Assembly: GCA_038087875.1 (NCBI GenBank)
Contig: CM075994.1
Coordinates: 372,001-436,000 of the forward strand
Direction of reading: 5' to 3'
Source of the DNA: Malacoraja senta
Lineage: Eukaryota
DNA length: 64,000 nt
Each line of letters opens with the position of its first letter. Position 1 is the stretch's first letter. A program made the position numbers and the translations under genes. Below the pieces are notes generated by a model that was given only the letters and a program-made list of their open reading frames with translations, was not told the origin of the DNA and ran no database searches. Shown here one piece after another: positions 24,053 to 36,428 of the stretch.

Positions 24053-25767
24053 GGGGGGTTGCACGTAAGGTCATCGGGTCAAAGGGCGTGACACACGGAG
24101 CAGCTCAATCCATGTGGAGGACATGGCGGCCTCGTACACACTGTTAACACACGAAACGCGTACTATATTTCCTGTTAAAAACCGGCAAAACGATCATTTT
24201 TTGCGCTGTAAATAATTGTGGGTGCGGTCATTGAAAGCAGGAAGGCATCAAGTTTAAACTGGTGTTATTTCATGGTGTCGCGTCTTTTACAATCCGCGAC
24301 TAATAGCCGCAATCATTGTCGTGTCCAGAGAGACAGCACCACCACGATAAGCCTTCACTAAATAAAGCGAACTCAAAGTCAGAGCAATTTGATTGCAATA
24401 TTGTGGGGTTATTTTTTGGGGTGACTGAGCGCTCAGAACCAAATGCTCCAGTATCTTTGCTCTGAACCCGAGCACCAAGGTGTAAGCTGCATAAGGAGCG
24501 CATCCCTCGGGACAGCCCCCACTCTCCCCCCCCCCGGGACAGCGCTGTCTGGCCACGGCCGCCCTCCGCCCAGTCTCCCCTTGTGGGCCGCACTGTCAGG
24601 AGCTGTGGGTCGGCAGCGCGGGGCTGGGTGGAGCGGGTCCGGGTGGAGCGGGGACGGGGCTCCGGGCAACGTCAGCTGCAGCAAAGTTGGGGACGGTCTG
24701 CTTCCTCCGCCCACCCAAAGTCACTGACTGCGCTGCACCGACACCCCGACCTCATCCTCTCCCCCCATCCCCCCATCCCCGGCCGCGGGGGCAGATCAAA
24801 AGGACCTCGATACAATGGTTGAGTGGTCACACCAATGGGGCATGCAGTTCAACCCTTCCAAATGTGAAACCATTCGTGTCACCAGAAAGAGGAATCCAGG
24901 CGAAACATCGTACAATATACTTGGTACCACCCTTGAAGAATCCAAACAAACCAAGTATCTTGGCATAAAATTGCAGAATGATCTGCATTGGAATGGTCAG
25001 ACTCATCATGCAACGGTGAAAGCAACAGGTGTCCCTAAATTTTCTGAAGCGCAACTTTCATCATTGTTCAACTTCTGTCAAGGAGAAGCTATACTTCACT
25101 CTCGTTAGACCTCATTTGGACTAGCAGTTGCAGCATGGGACCCATACACAAATAAAAACATTTATAAAAAGACAGGCAGCTCGATTTGTTACTAACACCT
25201 ATGAGACAGAAGCGAGTGTTACCAAACTTCTGAATTCTCTGGGGTGGAACCCTCTCCAAGACAGACGTGAAGCTCACGTTTGACCTGTTTTTACAAAATG
25301 TTAAATGGTCAGCTCAACATAGATTACAAGACCAACACCAAACCCAAACCAATTAGGAGCAGACGAGGGCATTCGATCCAATTTGTGATTCCAGCTACCA
25401 AGACAGATGTGTACAGCAATTCATTCTTCCCCCGCTCAATTAAAGCATGGAATAATCTCCACGCTACTATAGTTACCCAACCAGACGCAACTAAATTTAA
25501 GGTAGCTCTTTCTTCCCAAAAACCCTTTCTGGCTTAAGTCCTCCCTCCACCACCTCCAGTTTAAATTCCATTTGGAATATTTTGGAGGACCAAGAAACCA
25601 AGAAGGCCCAGGGTCAGCGTTGAGTCCGGATGGTGGGACAGAAGAAGGGCCCGGTTACTGGCAGCCATAAGAAGTACTTACCTGACGTTCACCGCGTGTA
25701 CTCCAGAAGGCGTTGCCTGGCAACAGTACGGGTCACGGGTCGTGACCTCGACTGCGTGCAACCTCGC
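24053..25767. mobile_element. TATA-flanked DNA transposon (family of 13409-14249) with a nested LINE
   Basis: Termini GGGGGGTTGCACG / CGTGCAACCTCGC; TATA at 24049-24052 and 25768-25771. Confidence 0.85.
24790..25605 (+). mobile_element. 3' fragment of a divergent CR1-group LINE
   Basis: EWSHQWGMQFNPSKC, LVRPHL, SFFPRSIKAWNNL; CCAAGAAA-type tail; its 3' end recurs inverted near 16660-16727 and 39000-39066. Confidence 0.8.
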
Positions 25768-26576
25768 TATACAACTGCGACATGACCTCCCAACTCTTCC
25801 ATTTGAACCTCCTAGTCGATTCTAAGTTAAAATTGTTTCCATTAATTCCCTCAAATTGTCAGCGCCACAGACCCGTGGGTGTTGGCGATGAAAGAAGACC
25901 AAACGATGCAAGTTCTAACACTGGACATTTTTGTGGCATCAGCTGAACTTGTTCGCCCGGATCGCCCGGCCGGAGGGTTCACATTGTCGAGGAGTGGGGC
26001 TCATTTCTCAGGAGAAATTAAAGGACGTTTGTTTTTTAAGGTGGTGGGACTAGGATTGTTTTGCTGAAACCGTCTGCGCGCCCACACGGACACACGGGAC
26101 AATTTACACTCACACCAAGTGTAAATGCACCGTCCAGAAGACCACCCATAGTCATGAGACCACCCGGCCGTGCAGAAATGCACCCATACCCGCGGGTCTC
26201 TGACCCTGCAAGGCAGCAACTCTACCGCAGTGTCGCCGAGCGGTGGCGCTGGGTTCTGGTATCTGAACAATTTTCAGCAAAGATCCTATAGCGAGCGATA
26301 GGACCTTTGATTTTCAGATCAGAGCCAAAGGGCGATCTGCTTTTACCGGCCGGACACCCGTCCAACTCGATCTCACGGACTAGACTTCCTCGCCAGCGAG
26401 CTGGACAACCCGGTGTAAAGGTCAGCAGCGACCAAGACTCCGGAGGCATCGAATCTGGTGAACAAATAACGGAGAGGGTGTTAACGAAGGAACTGCAGAT
26501 GCTGGAAAATCGAAGGTACACAAAAATGCTGGAGAAACTCAGCGGGTGCAGCAGCATCTATGGAGCGAAGGAAATA

Positions 26577-26612
26577 GGCAACGTTTCGGGCCGAACCCCT
26601 TCTTCAGACTGA
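26577..26612 (-). ncRNA. Minimal hammerhead ribozyme motif in a Penelope-like terminal repeat
   Basis: Minus strand CUGAAGA-a-GGGGUUCGGCCC-GAAACGUU; both core boxes intact. Confidence 0.6.
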
Positions 26613-27168
26613 TAGGGAGGGGGGGGGGGGGCGGAGAGAAGAAAGGAAAAAGGAGGACGAGGAGCCCGTAGAGAGTTTTGTTGTTTGGGAGTCTGATGTC
26701 GCAGTGTGGATTCTGCAAACGGCTTTCAAAATCTATCTTTAATAATTCAGCGTTTGACAAATGCAAAACGTAATTGAATTTCACCCTCCGAGGGAAAGGA
26801 AAAGTGAGTTTAACGCCCTTCTGACAGTGTTTTCACAAATGTTGTGTTAACCATCTGGCTGTTTTCATGTGTTTCTGTTCAATTCCCATTTTGGAGCAGG
26901 CGTTGGCAAAATGTCGTCATATTCTCCTTCTTTCCTGTTACCCCTTAAACAACACCGATTGTCCAAACCGAGCAAAATCCCAAATTAAAAATTCTCCTGT
27001 GTTCAAGTAATCGATTGTTCCTTTGTTCCATTTGTTCATTTTTCTTTTCTTCCTTAACACCAGTTTAGGCTGTTAAACGTCTCCACTCTGCTCAGAAGGG
27101 AGACACAAAATACAGGAGTATTGTATCCAGGGTAAGGCTTTGTATTGTATCCAGGGTAAGGGGGGAGA

Positions 27169-28102
27169 ATGAGGGCCAGGGCAGTTTACTGCTCTGGATG
27201 TCAGATGTGGGAGGTCATGGAGTCTGATACCCCTCCAGACGTTCACATCTGTGTCAGGTGCGTAGAGATGGGGTTCCCAAGGGACCGTGTTAGGAACCTG
27301 GAGCAGCAGCTCGATGACCTCTGTCTGATCAGGGAGAGTGAGGAGGTCATAGAAAAGAGTTATAGGGAGGTGGCCACTCCAAGACCACAGGAGGCAGACA
27401 AGTGGGTCACGGTTAGGAAGGGCAAGGGGCAGAGGCAGGGACTAGTGAGTACCCCAGTGGCTGTACACCTTGAAAATAAGTACTCCTGTTTGAGTACTGT
27501 TGAGGGGGACAGCCTTCCTGCAGGTAGCAACAGCGGCCGGGCCTCCGGCACAGAGACCAGCCCTATTGCTCAGAAGGGTAGGGAAAAGAAGAGGAGGGCA
27601 ATAGTAATAGGGGACTCTATGGTTAGGGGGTCGGATAGGCGATTCTGTGAACGCAGTCAGGAGACCCGGATGGTAGTTTGCCTCCCTGGTGCCAGGGTCA
27701 GGGATGTGTCTGAACGCGTCCAAGATATCCTGAAATCGGAGGGAGAGGAGCCTGAGGTTGTGGTACATATAGGTACCAATGACATAGGTAGAAAAAGAGA
27801 AGTCTTGAAAGGAGAATTTAGGGAGTTGGGAGGAGAGTTAAGGAGAAGGACTACAAAGGTAACAATCTCAGGATTACTACCTGTGCCACGCGACGGTGAG
27901 AGTAGGAATGGAGTGAGGTGGAGGATAAATGCGTGGCTGAGGAACTGGTGCAGCGGGCAAGGGATTCAAATTTCTGGATCATTGGGACCTCTTTTGGGGA
28001 AGGTGTGACCTGTACAGAAAGGACGGGTTGCACTTGAACCCGAGGGGGACCAATATCCTGGCGGGGAGATTTGCAAAGGCTACTGGGGAGACTTTAAACT
28101 AG
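27169..28102 (+). pseudogene. CR1 ORF1 (Cys-rich N-terminus, coiled coil, SGNH esterase-like), one frameshift near 27960
   Basis: CSGCQMW...CVRC, IGDSMVRG, VVVHIGTND, and DGLHLN in the shifted frame. Confidence 0.9.
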
Positions 28103-28107
28103 AACGG

Positions 28108-31053
28108 TTGGGGGGAGGGACTCAAATAGAGAAAGCTAGTGGAAAATGTGGGAGGCAGGAGGCAGAGAAGGGAAGCACTCGGACCCAAAATGTAGGGGAG
28201 AAAGAAGAAAAAGATAATAAACAGAGAATAAGTGGTGGTGGGTTTCTTAAATGTGTATATTTTAATGCTAGGAGCATTGTAAGAAAGGTGGATGAGCTTA
28301 GAGCCTGCATTGACACCTGGAAGTATGATGTTGTGGCGATCAGTGAAACATGGTTGCAGGAGGGCTGTGATTGGCAAATAAATATTCCAGGATTTCGTTG
28401 CTTCAGGGGTGATAGAATTGGAGGGGCAAGAGGTGGGGGTGTTGCATTGCTTGTCAAGGAAGATATTACAGCAGTGCTTTGGCAGGATAGATTAGAGGGC
28501 TCGTCTAGGGAGGCTATTTGGGTGGAACTCAGAAATGGGAAAGGTGTAGCAACACTTATAGGGGTGTATTATAGACCGCCAAATGGGGAGCGAGAATTGG
28601 AAGAGCAAATATGTAAGGAGATAGCAGATATTAGTAGTAAGCACAAGGTAGTGATTGTGGGAGATTTCAATTTTCCACACATAGACTGGGAAACACATTC
28701 TGTAAAAGGGCTGGATGGTTTGGAGTTTGTAAAATGTGTGCAAGATAGTTTTTTGCAGCAATACATAGAGGTACCTACTAGAGAAGGGGCAGTGCTGGAC
28801 CTCCTGTTAGGAAATGAGACAGGGCAGGTGGCGGAGGTATGCGTCGGGGAGCACTTCGGGTCCAGTGATCACAATACCATTAGTTTCAATATAATTATGG
28901 AGAGGGTCAGAACTGGACCTAGGGTTGAGATTTTTGTTTGGAGAAAGGCTAACTTTGAGGAGATGCGAAAGGATTTAAAAGGAGTGAATTGGGACATGTT
29001 GTTTTATGGGAAGGATGTAGAAGAAAAATGGAGGACATTTAAGGGTGAAATTTTAAGAGTACAGAATCTTTATGTCCCTGTTCGGTTGAAAGGAAATAGT
29101 AAAAAATGGAAAGAGCCATGGCTTTCAAGGGAAATTGGACACTTGGTTCAGAAAAAGAGAGAGATCTACAATAATTATAGGCAGCATGGAGTAAATGAGG
29201 TGCTTGAGGAGTATAAAGAATGTAAAAAGAATATTAAGAAAGAAATTAGAAAAGCTAAAAGAAGATATGAGGTTGCTTTGGCAAGTAAGGTGAAAGTAAA
29301 TCCAAAGGGTTTCTACAGCTATATTAATAGCAAAAGGATAACAAGGAATAAAATTGGTCCATTAGAGAGTCAGAGTGGACAGTTATCTGCAGAGCCAAAA
29401 GAGATGGGGGAGATATTGAACAATTTCTTTTCTTCGGTATTCACGAAGGAGAAGGATATGGAATTATGTGAGGTAAGGGAAACAAGCAGAGTAGCAATGG
29501 AAACTGTGAGATTCAAAGAAGAGGAGGTGCGGACACTTTTGAAAAATATGAAAACGGATAAGTCTCCAGGTCCTGACAGGATATTCCCTAGGACATTGAG
29601 GGAAGTTAGTGTAGAAATAGCAGGGGCTATGACAGAAATATTTCAAATGTCATTAGAAACGGGAATAGTGCCGGAGGATTGGCGTACTGCGCATGTTGTT
29701 CCGTTGTTTAAAAAGGGTTCGAAGAGTAAACCTAGCAATTATAGACCTGTTAGTTTGACGTCAGTGGTGGGCAAATTAATGGAAAGGATACTTAAAGATA
29801 ATATATATAAGCATCTGGATAAGCAGGGTCTGATTAGGAACAGTCAACATGGATTTGTGCCTGGAAGGTCATGCTTGACTAATCTTCTTGAATTTTTCGA
29901 AGAGGTTACTAGGGAAATTGATGAGGGTAAAGCAGTGGATGTTGTCTATCTGGACTTCAGTAAGGCCTTTGACAAGGTTCCTCATGGAAGGTTGGTTAAG
30001 AAGATTCAATTGTTGGGTATTAATGGTGGAGTAGCAAGATGGATTCAACAGTGGCTGAATGGGAGATGCCAGAGAGTAATGGTGGATGGCTGTTTGTCAG
30101 GTTGGAGGCCGGTGACTAGTGGGGTGCCTCAGGGGTCTGTGTTGGGTCCACTGTTGTTTGTCATGTACATCAATGATCTGGATGATGGTGTGGAAAATTG
30201 GATTAGTAAGTATGCAGATGATACTAAGATAGGTGGTGTTGTGGATAATGAAGTAGATTTTCAAAGTCTACAGAGAGATTTAGGCCATTTGGAAGAGTGG
30301 GCTGAAAGATGGCAGATGGAGTTTAATGCTGACAAATGCGAGGTGCTACATCTCGGCAGGACAAATTAAAATAGGACGTACACGGTAAATGGTAGCGAAT
30401 TGAGGAATGCAGTTGAACAGAGGGATCTAGGAATAACTGTGCATAGTTCCCTGAAGGTGGAATCTCATGTAGATAGGGTGGTAAAGAAAGCTTTTGGTGT
30501 GCTGGCCTTTATAAATCGGAGCATTGAATATAGAAGTTGGGATGTAATGTTAAAATTGTACAAGGCATTGGTGAGGCCAATTCTGGAGTATGGAGTACAA
30601 TTTTGGTCGCCTAATTATAGGAAGGATGTCAACAAAATAGAGAGAGTACAGAGGAGATTTACCAGAATGTTGCCTGGGTTTCAGCAACTAAGTTACAGAG
30701 AAAGGTTGAACAAGTTAGGTCTTTATTCTTTGGAGCGCAGAAGGTTAAGAGGGGACTTGATAGAGGTCTTTAAAATTATGAGCGGGTTAGACAGAGTGGA
30801 CGTGGATAAGCTTTTCCCATTGAGAGTAGGGAAGATTCAAACAAGGGGACATGACTTGAGAATTAAGGGACAGAAGTTTAGGGGGGACATTAGGGGGAAC
30901 TTCTTTACTCAGAGAGTGGTAGCTGTGTGGAATGAGCTTCCAGTGGAAGTGGTGGAGGCAGGTTCGATGTTATCCTTTAAAAATAGATTGGATGGGTATA
31001 TGGACGGGAAAGGAATGGAGGGTTATGGTCTGAGTGCAGGTAGATGGGACTAG
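28108..31053 (+). pseudogene. CR1 ORF2 (APE endonuclease + RT), one premature stop at 30367-30369
   Basis: NARSI, VGDFN, SDH, GVPQGS, YADD; the same frame continues to 31053. Confidence 0.95.
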
Positions 31054-31414
31054 GGGGAAGTATTTATTTTTAATTTAATTTTAAAAAAATGTTCGGCACG
31101 GACTTGAAGGGCCGAGATGGCCTGTTTCCGTACTGTTATGGTTATATGGTTATATGGTTATATAGGAGTAGCTCCGCGGGACAGGCAGCGTCTCCGGAGA
31201 GAAGGAATGGGTGAGGTTTTGGGTCGAGACCCTTCTTCAGACTGAGGGTCGGGGAGAGGGAGACACAGAGATATGGAAGGGTAAAACGAGACATCAAAAG
31301 AGATGCAGAACAAGAAAATGTAAAATATATCATTGTTAGCTTGGAGCAGCTGACAACAACGCACACAGATATAATGTGAGAACTGGGAAGTGAGAAGGAT
31401 GGAGAGAGAGGGAA

Positions 31415-34400
31415 TACATAGAAATTAGGTGCAAGAGTAGGCCATTCGGCCCTTCGAGCCTGCACCGCCATTCAATATGATCATGGCTGATCATCCAACT
31501 CAGTATCCCGTACCTGCCTTCTCTCCATACCCTCTGATCCCCTTAGCCACAAGGGCCACATCTAACTCCTTCTTAAATATAGCCAATGAACTGGCCTCAA
31601 CTACCCTCTGTGGCAGAGTTCCAGAGATTCACCACTCTCTGTGTGAAAAAAGTTCTTCTCATCTCGGTTTTAAAGGATTTCCCCCTTATCCTTAAGCTGT
31701 GACCCCTTGTCCTGGACTTCCCCAACATCGGGAGCAATCTTCCTGCATCTAGCCTGTCCAACCCCTTAAGAATTTTGTAAGTTTCTATAAGATCCCCTCT
31801 CAATCTCCTAAATTCTAGAGAGTATAAACCAAGTCTATCCAGTCTTTCTTCATAAGACAGTCCTGACATCCCAGGAATCAGTCTGGTGAACCTTCTCTGC
31901 ACTCCCTCTATGGCAATAATGTCCTTCCTCAGATTTGGAGACCAAAACTGTACGCAATCCTCCAGGTGTGGTCTCACCAATACCCTATACAACTGCAGTA
32001 AAACCTCCCTGCTCCTATACTCAAATCCTTTTGCTATGAAAGCTAACATACCATTTGCTTTGTTCACTGCCTGCTGCACCTGCATGCCTACTTTCAATGA
32101 CAGGTGTACCATGACACCCAGGTCTCGTTGCATCCCCCCTTTTCCTAGTCGGCCACCATTTAGATAATAGGCTACTTTCCTGTTTTTGCCACCAAAATGG
32201 ATAACCTCACATTTATCCACATTATACTGCATCTGCCAAACATTTGCCCACTCACCCAGCCTATCCAAGTCACCTTGCAGTCTCCTAGCATCCTCCTCAC
32301 AGCTAACACTTCCCCCCAGCTTAGTGTCATCCGCAAACTTGGAGATATTGCCTTCAATTCACTCATCCAGATCATTAATATATATTTTAAATAGCTGGGG
32401 ACCCAGCACTGAGCCTTGCGGTACCCCACTAGTCACTGCCTGCCATTGTGAAAAGGACCCGTTTACTCCTACTCTTTGCTTCCTGTTTGCCAGCCAGTTC
32501 TCCATCCACGTCAATACTGAACACCCAATGCCATGTGCTTTAAGTTTGTATACTAATCTCTTATGTGAGACCTTGTCGAAAGCCTTCTGGAAGTCCAGAT
32601 ACGCCACATCCACTGGTTCTCCCCTATCCACGCTACTAGTTACATTCTCGAAAAATTCTATAAGATTCGTCAGACATGATTTACCTTTCGTAAATCCATG
32701 CTGACTTTGTCCAATGATTTCACCACTTTCCAAATGTGCTGCTATCCCATCTTTAATTACTGACTCTAGCAGTTTCCCCACTACCGATGTTAGACAAACT
32801 GGTCTGTAATTCCCCGTTTTCTCTCTCCCTCCCTTCTTAAAAAGTGGGATTACGTTTGCTATCCGCCAATCGTCAGGAACTACTCCAGAATCTACAGAGT
32901 TTTGAAAGATTATTACTAATGCATCCACTATGTCTGGAGCTACTTCCTTAAGTACTCTGGGATGCAGCCTATCTGGCCCTGGGAATTTATCGGCCTTTAA
33001 TCCATTCAATTTACCCAACACCACTTCCCGACTAACCTGGATTTCACTCAATTCCTCCAACTCCTTTGACCCGCGGTCCGCTGCTATTTCCGGCAGATTA
33101 TTTATGTCTTCCTTAGTGAAGACGGAACCAAAGTAGTTATTCAATTGGTCCGCCATATCCTTGTTCCCAATGATCAACTCACCTGTTTCTGACTGCAAGG
33201 GACCTACATTTGTTTTAACTAATCTCTTTCTTTTCACATATCTATAAAAACTTTTGCAGTCAGTTTTTATGTTCCCTGCCAGTCTTCTTTCATAATCTAT
33301 TTTTCCTTTCCTAATTAAGCCCTTTATCCTCCTCTGCTGGTCTCTGAATTTCTCCCAGTCCTCCGGTATGCTGCTTTTTCTGGCTAATTTGTATCATCAT
33401 CCTTCGCTTTGATACTATCCCTGATTTACCTTGTTATCCACGGATGCACTACCTTCCCCGATTTATTTTTTTGCCAAACTGGGATGAACAATTTTTGTAG
33501 TTCATCCATGCAGTCTTTAACTGTCTTCCATTGCATATCCACTGTCAACCCTTTTAGAATTAATTGCCAGTCAATCTTGGCCAATTCACGTCTCATACCC
33601 TCAAAGTTACCTTTCTTTAAGTTCAGAACCATTGTTTCTGAATTAACAATGTCACTCTCCATCCTAATGAAGAACTCAACCATATTATGGTCACTCTTGC
33701 CCAAGGGGGCACGTACAACAAGACTGCTAACTAACCCTTCCTCATTACTCAATACCCAGTCTAAAATAGCCTGCTCTCTCGTTGGTTCCTCTACATGTTG
33801 ATTTAGATAACTATCCCGCATACATTCCAAGAAATCCTCTTCCTCAGCACCCCTGCCAATTTGATTCACCCAATCTATATGTAGATTGAAGTCACCCATT
33901 ATAACTGTTTTGCCTTTGTCGCACGCATTTCTAATTTCCTGTTTGATACCATCTCCAACTTCACTACTACTGTTAGGTGGCCTGTACACAACACCCACCA
34001 GTGTTTTCTGCCCCTTAGTGTTTCGCAGCTCTACCCATACCGATTCCACATCCTCCATACTAATGTCCTTCCTTTCCATTACGTTAATCTCCTCTCTAAT
34101 CAGCAACGCTACCCCACCTCCTTTTCCTTTCTCTCTATCCCTCCTGAATATTGAATATCCCTGGATGTTCAGTTCCCAGCCTTGGTCACCCTGGAGCCAT
34201 GTCTCCGTGATCCCAACTATATCATAGTCATTAATAGCTATCTGCACATTCAACTCATCCACCTTATTACGAATGCTCCTTGCATTGAGACACAAAGCCT
34301 TCAGGCTTGCTTTTACAACACTCTTACCACTTATACAATTATGTTGAAAAGTGGCCTTTTTGATTTTTGCCCTGGTTTTGTCTGCTTGCCACTTTTACTT

Positions 34401-35927
34401 TTCACCTTGCTACCTATTGCTTCTACCCTCATTTTACACCCCTCTGTCTCTACGCTCACACATTTAAGAAACCCTTTCCCTTTAACTCCATCCTCCACTA
34501 TCCCATTCGACACCCCACCCCCCTTATTCAGTTTAAAACCACCCGTGTAGCAGTGGCAAACCTGCCTGCCAGAATGCTGGTCCCACACCTGTTAAGATGC
34601 AATCCGTCCCTTTTGTACAGTTCCCCCTTACCCCAAAACAGATCCCAGTGATCTAAGAATCTAAATCCCTGCCCCGTGCACCAGTTCCTCAGCCACACGT
34701 TCAGGTCCCGTATCTCCCTGTTCCTGCTCTCGCCAGCACGAGGAACTCGAAGCAAACCGGAGATAACAACCCTGGAGGTCCTGCTTTTCAGCATTTTCCC
34801 GAGCTCTTTAAAGTCACGCTGCAGAATATTCAACCCCTTCTTTCCTACTTCGTTTGTGCCGACATGCACTACCACTTCCGGATGTTCACCTTCGCCCTTG
34901 AGGATTTTCTGCACTCTGTCCGTGACATCCTGGATCCTGGCACCAGGAAGGCAGCACACCATCCTCGCATCCCGTCTGTTGCCGCAGAAACCCCTGTCCG
35001 TACCTCTCACAATGGAGTCTCCCACTACAATGGCGTTGCCTGCCTTAGGCCTTTTTGGTTTTGGCTCAACAGCCCTATTCGCATTGCAAGCCAGTCCGCC
35101 GCTCAGTGTAAACACATCTTCTGTCCCAACAGCTTCTAAGTGGGTGAACCTGTTCACAAGAGGTACAACACCCGGGGACGTTTGCATTCCACGCTTCCCT
35201 CCCTTTCTCACTGTCTCCCACCTTCGATCTTCCAGTACCTTAGGTGTAACAATCGTACTGTAGGACTTGTCGAGGAACGACTCCGTTTCTCGGACGAACC
35301 GGAGGTCATCCACTTGCTTCTCCAGTTCCCCAACACGGCCCTTCAGGAGCTCTACCTGGATGCACTTCTCGCATTTGTAGCAGCCAGAGGCACCAGCGGT
35401 GTCCTTGACCTCCCACATAATGCAAGCATCGCACTGAATCAGCTTGCCTGACATCTCCTTCTTTCGTCTCTACCTCTCAAGCGTATTGCGTGGTCCCCTC
35501 TCGTCACCCTCCTCGCCGAAGACTCGCACTTTTCTCTCAGGGCACTTCCCTCACAAGGCCGCTCACTCACTGCCGCTCGCTAAGAGCCGTCTTGCTTAAA
35601 TTGACTGATAAATTGCCTGATTTACCAATTTACAAACCAAATTCCTCAGTTTTCAACTGTTTTCCCGGCACTGACTCACTTCTCTCCTCCCACTCGGGCT
35701 AGAGCCAATCAGTCGTATCTCTTGCTAATCTCCTGCTGCTGTTGCTCCCAAATCTACAGCAGTTCTGAGTAAAGTCTGCCTGTGCTTGGCTTCTACTTTT
35801 CAACTGTTTTCCCCCCTCTGACTCACTTCTCTCCTCCCACTCGGGCTAGAGCCAATCAGTCGTATCTCTTGCTAATCTCCTGCTGCTGTTGCTCCCAAAT
35901 CTACAGCAGTTCTGAGTAAAGTCTGCT
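31415..35927 (-). mobile_element. Full-length CR1 LINE, subfamily A (ORF2 frameshifted)
   Basis: 5'UTR, ORF1, ORF2 in pieces (33426-34295, 32359-33237, 31597-32268) and 3'UTR. Confidence 0.97.
34528..35454 (-). CDS. CR1 ORF1p, intact 308 aa (SGNH esterase-like)
   Basis: ATG to stop uninterrupted; CDACIMW, VGDSIVRG, HVGTNE, DGLHLN. Confidence 0.92.
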   Translation of the reverse strand: MSGKLIQCDACIMWEVKDTAGASGCYKCEKCIQVELLKGRVGELEKQVDDLRFVRETESFLDKSYSTIVTPKVLEDRRWETVRKGGKRGMQTSPGVVPLVNRFTHLEAVGTEDVFTLSGGLACNANRAVEPKPKRPKAGNAIVVGDSIVRGTDRGFCGNRRDARMVCCLPGARIQDVTDRVQKILKGEGEHPEVVVHVGTNEVGKKGLNILQRDFKELGKMLKSRTSRVVISGLLRVPRAGESRNREIRDLNVWLRNWCTGQGFRFLDHWDLFWGKGELYKRDGLHLNRCGTSILAGRFATATRVVLN

Positions 35928-36428
35928 GTAAATACAATGGTTACTTGTAGTTAGTGAAGTCAATGATCATACCGCTGGGGTGTCAGCTGCCCAAGTGTAA
36001 TATGAAACGCGAGGAGGCCCAGGTCAGAAAGGTCAGTGTGGGAATGAGAGGGGTAGTTAAAGTGTGGGAATGGGAGCGGAGGGGGAGGCAACCGGGAGAT
36101 CAGGTAGGTTTAGGCGGACTGAGCGGAGGTGTTCAGCTAAACGATCGCCGAGCCTGCGCTTGGTCTCGCCGATATATATGAGTCCACACCTGGAACAGTA
36201 GATGAGGTTGGAGGAGGTGCAAGTCAACCTCTGCCTCACCTGAAAAGATTGTCGAGGTCCTTGGACGGAGTCCAGGGAGGGGGTGTAGGGTTCTTAGTCC
36301 CAGTCAGCAGAGTGTGTCCAACAGTCCTGCATTCTGCATCATATTATATTCTTTTGTTTGTAAACTGAGGTACTTTAACAACATTTAAAAGACATTGGGA
36401 CTTGTACATGGATAGGAAAGGTTCAGAG

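Larger units (their letters stand above)
27119..31165 (+). mobile_element. Near full-length CR1 LINE, subfamily B
   Basis: ORF1, ORF2 and a (GTTATATG)n tail. Confidence 0.97.

Noticed and set aside
31886..35451. Plus-strand ORFs over the CR1
   Set aside because: Antisense shadows that recur in every CR1 copy.
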